A stretch of 53,927 nucleotides of DNA, counting the filler, from Jimgerdemannia flammicorona (lineage: Eukaryota): assembly GCA_003990765.1 (NCBI GenBank). It is 2 parts of 2 records of this genome, joined end to end, with 100 filler letters (N's around TTAATTAATTAA, not from the genome) between each part and the next. Parts side by side here need not be neighbours in the genome. Positions count along the whole stretch, not along the records: positions 1 to 26,914 come from RBNJ01000682.1; 1 more part is not named here. The stretch is one strand, 5' to 3'. Below the pieces are notes generated by a model. That model made no database searches. It was not told where the DNA came from and saw only the letters and a program-made list of their open reading frames with translations. The position numbers were made by a program, and so were the translations under genes. Positions 12,503-22,760 of the stretch are shown here, piece after piece. Position 1 is the first letter of the stretch. Each line of letters starts with the position of its first letter.

Positions 12503-14260
12503 TAGTACTCTAAATGAGCTGATCCAGATCAGATTTGAATCTCATTCAGATCAACTCAGATGGAATTCAAATCCCATTTAGATCAATTTGAATCAACTAT
12601 TGTTTTGATTTCCAAATTAGACAATTAAATATTTATATCAATAACTTGATAAATAATAATCTAATTTTGATGATCTTAGTGTTATTTTTTTTTTTTTTTT
12701 TGTTTAACGGACTCTATGTCCCACGGATTTTTATTGGAAGGGAACCTAGACTATATAGGCCAAAACCCTCCCCCACCACCCATCAAGCACTGCTCCCCCA
12801 TTAACCTAGGCTAGCTATTGTCCAGCAGCTCGACCATGCCAGGCGCAGCAGGGCAAAGTAGCCCGCACCTCATTCTGCGCACCATGCTCTCCCTACCACC
12901 AGGGGAAACCCAGCCATACGCCAATGACCGAAAGCGTATGCCCGAGAACCCAACGTATGTACAAGGCCACATCCGAGCTGAATAGAATAGCCCTTGCCAC
13001 CCCAAAGAGAATGACAGGCAAAGAAAAAACCCTCATCAAAGCACAACATGGTGGGTAGGGCCTGGTTCTCCCAGTCGAGGTGAGTAGAGGACTTACACAT
13101 GAGGTGGGAGGAAACCCCCAATACCCCACTACTCAAGCCTGTGGGCCTCGATCATGTTGCCATGTCAGCTCCCAGTTCCAGTTGAGTGCAGCCAAGATGC
13201 CTGAAATGGGTAGCCTCGGGCCCCCTGACCCCCCCAGATGACTGGGGCCCAACCCTACAAATCGCCCAAAGAAGCCGAGAGTGACACCTATCATCTAACC
13301 ATGCTGCACCAATCAAAAGACCCCACCGAAGCAGCACCCGCCCCAGCCCCGACGACCGCCCCCAGCCTGGCACCCTACTGGTTCACCATAAACGCCCTTC
13401 CTCCTATCTGTGATGGCCATCTCCCCTCCCATCCCGACAACACCCGAAAAACAGTCACCTACGCCAGAACCGTGCTCACCGGGAAGCTCACCAAAGTCAG
13501 AGGGCCCCACCATAGGCACCGAGGACCTACAGGTAACCTATACTGAGCACTTGACGCCCAAGGTCGGCTGACTCTCTACGTAGCCCGAGACACACCAAGA
13601 CAACTCCTCATTGGCGACGGCAAAAGAAAGAAGGTGCCGCACCAAAACGGGTACACTCCAGACACAGCCGAAGGCACTAGAATCCGCAAAAAAGTGGAGG
13701 AAGTACCGATCCTACACCGATAAAGGGGCAACTCATCACCATTGCCCTCCTTCCACCATGCCCCTGCAGGCACAGCAAATCAACCTGAGGTAGAGGGGGT
13801 AATAATAGGGGAAAGGAGACTCGGAAGGTTGCCTACCAAACTTTGTGACCAGTAAGGTAGCGGAGAAAGGGGCGTGATCTTAGTGTTATTTGAAAGCTCT
13901 TAATAAGGTCTTTCTAATGATACTAAGAATATTGAAATTAGATCATATGTTGCTGAATTATTAAGGAAAATATCTGACTTACCAATTTTGGAAATTTCTT
14001 TAAAAGAATGTTTTCCTTAATAACTTAGCAATGTATAATCTGATTTAATATTCTTGGTATCATTAGAAAGGTCTTATTAAGAGCTTATAAATGATACTAA
14101 GATCATCAAAATTAGATAATTATTTATCAAGTTATTGATATAAATATTTAATTATCTAATTTGGAAATCAATATAATGATTAATTTGAAGATCCAGATGT
14201 GATTAAATCTAAATCTAATCTGAATCCAATCTGGATTAAATTGACTTGTTTGGAGCACTA
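12503..14260. mobile_element. Palindromic (foldback) hAT-type MITE, interrupted by retroposon copy 2
   Basis: Termini tagtactc...gagcacta; 8-bp TSD ctcagaac (12495-12502) / cttaggac (14261-14268). After removing the insert, the arms are long inverted repeats centred near 13990. Confidence 0.8.
12688..13874 (-). mobile_element. ~1.2-kb poly(A)-tailed non-autonomous retroposon, copy 2 (best preserved)
   Basis: Poly(T) to 12701; AATAAA ~30 nt before the tail; 17-bp TSD TGATCTTAGTGTTATTT at 12671-12687 and 13875-13891; no credible ORF. Confidence 0.9.
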
Positions 14261-14268
14261 CTTAGGAC

Positions 14269-14659
14269 TAATACTCCCAATAAATCAAATTAAATCAAAT
14301 TTGACCTAAATTTAATTCAATTTGATCAAATCAAAGGACTAATTTAATTTGAGATTTAATTTGAACCCCATTTTTCAAAATGTAATAACTCAATAAAAAC
14401 ATATTCAAATTTAATACTTTTTAGCTTATTAGATCCCTTTATATAAGAGAAATTTAACAAGCTAAATATTGTTAATTTTGGATATATTTTTATCAAGTTA
14501 TTATATTTCAAAAAATAGTATTCAAATTAGACCCTCAATTCAATTTAAATTTGATTTGATTTGAACTTGATTTGAATTGAAAAAACCCCAATTTGATTTA
14601 ATTTGAATGACTCTCAATTCAATTCAATTCAAATTAATTTGATTTATTTGAAAGTACTA
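14269..14659. mobile_element. hAT-type MITE, 391 bp
   Basis: Termini taatactccc...aaagtacta, flanked by cttaggac / cttagaat; (a/g)aatt(c/t)-type subterminal repeats; similar to 33840-34184. Confidence 0.8.
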
Positions 14660-14939
14660 CTTAGAATAGTTGCTATTAATATTTAATAGAAAGGATTTAT
14701 GAGAAGAGTTATGGACAGATTATAGTAATTAATAGTATAGTTATATTTGAGAGAGTAGGGATAGAGAGAAGAGAGTATATTAGGATAGAGTAAAGTGGGG
14801 TAGATTGAGTTGAACTACTGGTATAGTATAAGAACTGTGTATTTATTATAGACTAGTTAATAAAGTGAGTTTGAGTGATTATAAAAAAAAAAATAAAAAA
14901 ATAAGTATTTACAAGATCTCTCAACTTTTCAATCTCTAG

Positions 14940-15310
14940 CTTAATGCTTTTCAGCTTACTATCCTAAAGCTTGCTATCTCTCTATTCTAGACTCTACAGA
15001 TTCTAGCTCTTTAGTATCTATCTATCAGCTCACTACTCTCTAGCTCACTGCTTTCTAGTTTACTACTTCACAGTTTACTACTTCTCAGTTCACCACTTCT
15101 CAGCTTACTAATCTACAGCTTACTAATCTACAGCTTACTACTTTCTAGCTCACTGATCTGTAGTTTACCAATCTATAACTTATTAATCTATAGCTCACTA
15201 ATTTATAGCTTACTAATCTACAGCTTACTACTCTATAGCTTGCTGATCTATAACTTACTAATCTGCAGCTTGCTATCCTATAGCTTACCATTCTATAGCC
15301 TACTGCTTCT
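14940..15310. repeat. Degenerate 15-bp tandem repeat (consensus ~cagcttactaatcta)
   Basis: Repeated (c/t)agct(t/c)act..tcta units at a 15-nt period. Confidence 0.75.
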
Positions 15311-15387
15311 TCTAGTCTCTAAGTCTCTCTTCTTCATCTAGATCTCAGTAATTTAGTTAGTTTTTTTTTTTTTTTTTTTTTTTTTTT

Positions 15388-15424
<37 letters not shown>

Positions 15425-16479
15425 CAATGTTTAATTTATTTATTTTTTAATAATATTTGAAATATATATCCTTCAGCCTTTAAGAAGTCTGAGTTATTAT
15501 ATAAATTCTGTAATAACTACTCTTTTTACCATTAAGTTTACTTAAGTAACTAAAAGTATTATTAAATTACTTATCTAAATATCTCAAAACTTATAAAAAA
15601 AAGACCCTATAAATTGAATATTTAGATATACTATCTCTGTGATCACTAAATATATAAAAAAAGTATATAACAATAAACTGAGATAATAAATTATAAAAGT
15701 GATAGACAACTATATGATAACTATAGAATATTTATTATACCACACCAGCTTTATTATAAATAACAAAGTATAAGATATATAAGATTATCTAGATAGAATT
15801 ATTATTATAGATGAATACTATCAACTATAGACTATATATGAATAAGTAATAGTGAGTAATAGTAATAGTATAATTTATATATGACTAATAGATAGTAAAC
15901 TTATATATTTGATTAATATCGAGAAAGAAAGATATGATAGAGAAGATATCAATAGAGAGATAGATAAGGAGGTCAGTAGAGGGGGGAGAGAGTATTAGTA
16001 GGGGGGAAGGTATCAGTGAGGGGAAGAAGGGTAAGAAGATTAATATAGAGAAAAATAGAGAGACTAGTGTAGAGGAAAATAGAGAGATTAGTATAAAAGA
16101 TGAGAAGATTATAAAGGAAGATAAGAAGACTGATATGAAGATAGAGACTGATATAAAAGAAGATAAGAAAACTAGTATAAAGAAAGATATAAAGGTTGGT
16201 ATAGAAGATAGAGAGGTTATAAAGAAAGATTAGGAGATCAGTATAGAGAAAAATAAAGAAATTGGTTTAGAATATAAGAAAGAAGAGGATTAGTTGATTT
16301 ATAATAATAAAGAGTGATATTACACTGGTAAGTTCTTTATTTCTGATCTGATTTACTTTTTATTTATTTTCAATTTCAATTTTCTAACTATATTTCTATT
16401 TATTTATTCCAAATATCTTAAATATATAATATTTTAGATACTTTGTAGCTTTTTTTTTAGTCTAATAAAAGATTATATA

Positions 16480-16556
16480 TTAGGTTGGATTAAAGACAGA
16501 TTATGGATCAGATTAAAGATAAGTCATATTTTTTCTTGGATCAGATTAAAGATGGG

Positions 16557-16587
<31 letters not shown>

Positions 16588-16735
16588 AAGTCATATTAAT
16601 GATTTGTTTCATATTTTTTTTAGGTCAGATTAAAGATGAATTATATTTTTTCTTAAGTTGGGATAATGATGAGTGATGTATAATTTCAGGTCAGATTAAA
16701 GGTATACACAAGTCAGCTCAGATTGCAGAGCACTA
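16480..16735. mobile_element. Probable right end of a hAT-type element with subterminal repeats
   Basis: About five g(a/g)tcagattaaagat-like motifs ending in gcagagcacta, the same GAGCACTA terminus as the MITEs. The other end was not identified. Confidence 0.5.
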
Positions 16736-17091
16736 GTAATGATCTCTCATATATAATGATTTCTCATCTGTACAGATTTCACAGATATACTAATCTCTCA
16801 ACTATACAAAATGACTTACAGAAAAAGATGTCTTAACTTAGTTGCCATATAGTTAGCAAACTTGTATAAATATCTCTAGTATCTAGAGTGAATAAACCTC
16901 AGATCAAAATAGTTTAAGCAAAAAAATAAAGAACTAGTAAGCCTATAGGCAAATATACTTTGAACTCACCCACCCCTATATCTGAGAACTCCAAAGAGTC
17001 AAAGAAGATCAAGTATTCAAGATAAAGAAATCTGCCACACTTCTACCAGTACATGTCCACTACATTACACTATTCAAAGAAGGCTATAACA
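16736..17091 (+). mobile_element. Possible solo LTR remnant
   Basis: Contains tagcaaacttgtataaata...tagagtgaataaacctcag, shared with 53858-53912 (minus strand); ends in tataaca. Confidence 0.4.
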
Positions 17092-17832
17092 TGTTCACTT
17101 TCTTTATAACAATTTCTAAAAAAATAAATAAAAATAAAAATCTCACCAGCTCAGTATGGACACATCATATGCGATGTACAAGGTTTGCATCCACCGCCTG
17201 CCATTCGCGAACTTCTGTGTTGATCTCGGAGAAAGACTTGGCCAACCGATGTAAAACATCCGTCAACGAGCATGTCATTTTGTGGGACCAATAGGACGAC
17301 TTGAACCCGACGTGAGGTCAGTGTACATGTGTCGGGTGAAGGGTATCAGCGATGAGTAGCAATAATATTCTATTTCGGGACTTGGGGCTGTAGGTTCGAA
17401 CTTTCTATGGCAATCCGGTGAATGTCGGACGCTTCATTTGCAGAATTTGAAGGCACCTCGTTTCATTGAATGTTGTACATGCAATTGATCGACGCTGGTG
17501 CCGCAACCCCCGGAGAGAAACAGATATCGGAGCACTCAGTCCTGTATGCGCCGATGACTTGGTTCATAATATACTTGAAGGTGTCGTTGCCACCCTCTGG
17601 CCAGTGGTGCTCTCCTCCTGCTTGTCGAAAATGCTTCATCTTCCTCAAATAGCTCATACTAGACTACTGAATATATAGCCCCGTCTTGGAAAGCGCTACC
17701 TATTGGGACCGGTTGCTTGACGGCTGAAATAACTACATTTATTCAACGTCCCTACTAGATACAATCAATGAGAAGAGACATGGCAACAGCCTCCAAACAT
17801 CATTAAGTTGGGCCAGTTTTACCCTTAACCAT

Positions 17833-20800
17833 CTACTGTTCATCCACTTCCTGAGCCACGAACAACGGGTATTTCTCGAGGACCGATGTCCAGGTAATGG
17901 TTTCGTCCGACAGATCACGCAGTAACTGCAGCACGACCTCGACGCTCTGACGGATCTGCTTAGTGGTATCGCGCTCGCGCAGAGTCACCGTGCCATCCTG
18001 CACCGTCTGGAAGTCAATAGTCAGTGCGAAGGGGATACCGAGCTCATCGTTTCGAGAATATCGCCGGCCAATGGCGGCTTTGCTATCGTCTGTGCGCGAC
18101 GAGATGTTAAGGCGACGAAGCTTATAGGCTGTGTAGGGAAAGTCAAATAAAGCTGTAGTCATTCTGAACACCCGACAACATGTGACGAAACGCCATATCT
18201 CCTACATGACCTCAATCACAATACACTATCCTATCAATTGTTTCTCCCTCCCCCCCAATGCATCGCATCGTTTAAAACATCAACTTACAGAGGTCCCTCA
18301 CAATAGGTACAAAGGAAGTATGGCCCGACAAAGGCAGTAAGGCGCACTTGAACGGCGCGACGATGGCCGGGAACGAGAGGACGTTCCGGTTCTCATCATC
18401 TTCGCGGGCCCACCAGACGTGCTCGATGAGCGAGTAGAGAATGCGACCGATACCAAACGAGGGCTCAATCACGTTAGGGGTGTATTCGCGAACTGCACAA
18501 CAAGGAGAGATAGGATGATGAGCCAAATTGTACGAAAGATTGCAGACGAAGAGCTGCTAACAAACCCCTCAAATACACAAGGGCGTATTCGTTACCGTGC
18601 TCTGTGACTGTCACCTTCTGAACGGTCACCTCGTTCCTGGTAATCTCCACTTGCTCGCCATCGACTGTGACGACGAACTTGTCATTTTGCTCCAACTCCC
18701 TCGCGTGACGTTCCAGGTCCTGTTCGGAAAACGCGAGCAGCTGCTCTTCGAGGACTTTGGCTTGCTTCTTGTATTTGGGGCCGAACACCTTCTTATTAAT
18801 CTCGAGCTGCCATCGTTCTACCACCTTAGGCTCGGGAAGTTGCTCGCGGACCACAAGCTTCTCTTTTGTGCGATTGGAGTGCACTGTCAGATCATAAGCA
18901 GAGCGGTCGGCGCAGCCGACGCACTCGATCCAGCCCTGTAGAATTGTGGCGATGAAAAGAACATTTTATGAGGGGTTGGAGATAATAGAGATAACTAGTG
19001 AGGCAAAGAAGAAATCGCGACAGATGAGTAAAAAGCGGCGACGTACATAGCTGCTTTGGATCTCGGCATCCCAACAATCACACGCGTAGTGAGCCATCTC
19101 GTTCGGCATGTGCTGACGGAATCGCAAGCGATCCTTCTTGATACCAAGCTTGGTAAGGAAGAGGTAGATGCGTGCGAGGAAGTAGCCAAGAGTCTTATTG
19201 TCGACGATACCCTGAGCAATTTAGGAGTATGATATTCATCAGTCTTGAGACTACATTCAATCTGGGCCCCTCAAGAATGTATGATGCATGTCGAGAAGAG
19301 CGATGTGAAAACATGAGGGCTGTGAAACCAACCTTTGCAACGGCCTCGTCGATGGTCATGGGCGTGATGTCTGTTTTACCGGCCTGCTGTACAGAAGCTG
19401 GAAGCAAGTTGAGGACGACGTCCTTGACGTCGTCGAAGCGCACGTGATCTTTATTTAGCGGATCGACGAAATGCTCGATCTCGGCCATGGTGAATTCGCT
19501 ATTGGAATGCGAGGCAAATGAATGTGCGAATAGAATCGTGAGGCAAATTACAAGCTCGTTCGGAATGCACGTATTAAAGGCAATAGACACGTACCGCACG
19601 CGTAGTAAACCAGAGCGGGGCGAGATCTCGTTACGGAAAGAACGACCAATCGATGCAGACGCAAAGGGCATTTTGTCGTTGTTGAACTCAAGGAGTTTTT
19701 TAAAGTTGAGGAATTGACCCTGTGCGGTCTCGGGGCGGAGATAACTTAAAAATGATATCACCATGTAAGATGGCAGTATTGATCAATAAAAACGAGTCCA
19801 ACCCTCGATGCAGTCACCATTGAGCCCGAAATTCGTAATCGCCTGCAAGAAAACGCCCAAGAAGGTTGTGCGGTAATACCTACCCCTTGAGCTGACCTGT
19901 CGGACCGATCGAGCTTTGGAACATGAGGTTGAACTCTTCGGGTTCCGACAGGTCGTTGCCGGTCTCGGGAGACTTGATAGTGTATTTGTGCATAATAGCG
20001 CCGAGCTCGGGACCGGTGTAGTTGTCGATCTTCAATAGGAATAGAGAATAAGTAGAATAAGTGAAGGCACGTTTGTGTGATGTTTGGATGGTTTACTTCG
20101 CCAAAATTTGCTCAAAAACAATGTGTCCAGAATGACGACAATAGTTATAATTTCCTTTCACCACATCCAGCACGTGCGCGAAATACAACTTTACCTTAGC
20201 AAGAATCTCCTCATACTCCTGTTTCACCTCGGCGTCCAATGCCACCGCCACGACCCTAACCTTTTTTTTGTTAGTCTTCTTCGCCACCGGCTCTTTTGTA
20301 TCATCTTTATCCACCTCCTTCTCAATCACATGGCCTTGGGCAAAACGTGCGTCCTTGTCGCCCTGTAACCTAGCCTCGAGCACCGCCTCAACTAGGTGAT
20401 CAGCGCGGAAGATCTCTCCATTCTTAAGGTCCTTACACATCCAATCGGCGAACTTGTCCACGTGGCCCGAGGTTTTGAGGACGTCGTGCGGCGTCATGAT
20501 GGTTGTGTCCAACTCCAGCATTTCCTCTTCGAGGACGAAGTGGTTACGCCAAAGGGCGAGGATATTAGCTTGCAGCGCGCAGCCGGTGGGACCGTAATCG
20601 TAGAGACCAGCGACACCTGACGGTAATAATAAAGCGAGTAAACCAAAGCGCATATGGTGGAGGTGGTGAGCTTACGGTGAAAGACTACCAAAATGCACTC
20701 AATAAACACAATATTCGCTTTTTTCACACGACAAGACGTGCTCTATGAGGAACGAAGCATACCGCCATAAATGCCGAAAGCGGGCGCGTAGAAGAACCTC

Positions 20801-20929
20801 TTGTTGATCAGTTGCTACGAGGTGCAAGATATGGTGAGCTTGAGGGCTGTTGCTCGGCACACATTACAAATGACCGCAGAGATTCAATACCTCCAGAGCA
20901 TTCCTATCGAATGGTTTATCTGTGGCCAT
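17833..20929 (-). CDS. GRS1: Glycyl-tRNA synthetase (eukaryotic homodimeric class IIa), ~10 exons
   Basis: Spliced model [40 protein letters not shown]...[69 protein letters not shown]; anticodon-binding domain [12 protein letters not shown]. Introns are GT-AG. Confidence 0.98.
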
Positions 20930-21335
20930 TTTTGCGAGTCTGGGTTCAAGCGCGTGTGAGAAGCACACGAGAGGCGAAAGGCGAGATAAAATTTATAGGA
21001 GGGGCACGTGACATGGCAAAGGACTCACCGCTTGCTCATTATCCAACACATGTAAGCATTGGTTGTTATGTGTCATTTTGCAATCCACCACGGAAACGGA
21101 CCAGCAACTGAGGCAACTGAGCCAATTGAACCGCTAACCACACACACATACCAATTGAACCGCTAACCACACACACACATATATACATCCATCCATCCAT
21201 GGTTAATTTTTTTAGTATGATTTCGTGCCCCCACTCCAGCCAATCACAAAAATCCACGGAAATTCCCACAATTTTCCGCGTAATCCGCCACTTCACTCTC
21301 CGCCCTTCTCCCCCCCTTTCGTAGCTCCTCCAAGA
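20930..21335. promoter_or_regulatory. Bidirectional promoter region between GRS1 and GOT1
   Basis: 406 bp between divergent ATGs. TATAAA at ~20992-20997 (minus strand), GTCACGTG at 21005-21012, and a duplicated ccaattgaaccgctaaccacacacaca unit at ~21122-21180. Confidence 0.6.
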
Positions 21336-22248
21336 ATGTGGCTGTCAGATAGTCAGAGTATGTTATTGAGCGATCCTAGATAACCCGTAGGCTCCTCCCG
21401 AGCATGGCTACACCCCTGATCGCCACATAATAATAATAGCTCCTGAACTTGTAGAGATCGGCGTTGGCCTGACGGCTACTGGCTTCTTTTTCATGTTCAT
21501 CGGCGTACTCTTGTTTTTTGACCGCGGTCTATTAGCAATTGGCAACGTCTGTACTCTTTGTTTCTAGCGCTGTACCTTGATCACATTCTCTCTGTCCCCT
21601 TGGTAACATACTCAAACCTGTTCAAACCCCACAGATCCTCTTCCTCGCCGGCATCACCGGTGTCATCGGACCTCAAAAGACCTTTGCCTTCTTTGCGCGA
21701 AAAAAGAAAGTTCTTGGCACTCTTCTATTTCTTGGCGGCATTATGCTTGTTTTCCTCAAGTGGCCATTTATTGGGATATGTGTAGAGGCTTTTGGGTTTG
21801 TCAACCTATTTGGGTAAGTCAGAGGCCTCCTGCAACCTCTCCACATTATTTTTCTGAGTTCTTCTTGACGCCAGTGAAAGTTCTACGGCCTTAGATAAAT
21901 CTCCGAAAGCTGACCTGCAGTCCTCTTGGATCAATCGGCTACGCTTTTCTTTCCCTCTAGCGACTTTTTCCCCGTAATTTTCAGCTTCCTTCGTCGCGTC
22001 CCTGTCATCGGGCCAATCCTCAGCAATCCTGTCCTCTCAAAGGTATGCATTTGTCTCTTGCACATCCAGCGCCGTTTAAGAAAATTGCTGCATCCCTCTT
22101 TTTTTCTTCAACATAAATTCTTCGTTTGTCCATCCGACACCGCACATCCGTTTTCCCCTTCTCTCAACACCAGTTCCTACCCCGTGAATCTAAAACGACT
22201 GTTTAGGTGGTGGACCGGATCGGTGGCGCCGAGAGCTCGCCTGTTTAA
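21336..22248 (+). CDS. GOT1: Got1/Sft2-family Golgi vesicle transport membrane protein, 5 exons
   Basis: Spliced model MWLSDSQK|IGVGLTATGFFFMFIGVLLFFDRGLLAIGN|ILFLAGI...IGPQKTFAFFARKKK...EAFGFVNLFG|DFFPVIFSFLRRVPVIGPILSNP...|VVDRIGGAESSPV*. Confidence 0.95.
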
Positions 22249-22504
22249 GGTGTAAGGGTTGATCACTTTAGCATTTTGGGGAGTTTCCTGGACGAAGTGC
22301 AATGGTATATGCGGACGGTGCTAGTGGCGTGGAGAGTACTGGAGTTGCTTCCGGAGGTGGACGTGGGTTGCTGGGATTCCCGCGGGAAGGAAGACCGACG
22401 ATTGGTGAATAGTTTCCGCCTGTTAGGTTTGTGGTCCTTTCGAATTGCTCAAGGCCAAGGTCCGTTCCCGCTCGCCCCACATATATATATATATATATTC
22501 GTTA

Positions 22505-22760
22505 ATGTACACGCGTTGGAATGATCTCTGGTGGGCTCGTTTGGCATGCGAACAGCGCGAGCTACGGTGCCATACTGGGTGGGAAGCACGGGAATCTCTC
22601 GCCGAACACTTTTCTTTTCTTTGCCATTTCTATCGATGTCTGCATCATTCATTGTACAAATAATACAGCACGTGAGATTTATGGTGACGTCATTAGCAAT
22701 TAGACCCAGTCACGTCACGTTCGCGTTCCTTTGGTCCTTGGTATTCTCATTTTCGCCGAA
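22505..22760 (+). promoter_or_regulatory. Candidate TDP1 promoter motifs
   Basis: ACGCGT (MCB-like) at 22511, CACGTG at ~22669, TGACGTCA (CRE) at 22685, cacgtcacgttcgcgt at 22711. These short motifs could arise by chance. Confidence 0.35.

Noticed and set aside
12811..13793. Short ORFs within the 1.2-kb retroposon
   Set aside because: Frames are not preserved across the four copies and no domain motifs are recognisable.
17140..17700. GC-richer segment with short ORFs downstream of GRS1
   Set aside because: No coherent spliced model or recognisable motif.
20093..20200. Intronic EQILAK echoing exon-terminal EEILAK in GRS1 (alternative exon?)
   Set aside because: The codons differ, it is followed by TAA, and the nearby GT is out of phase with the next exon; likely coincidence.
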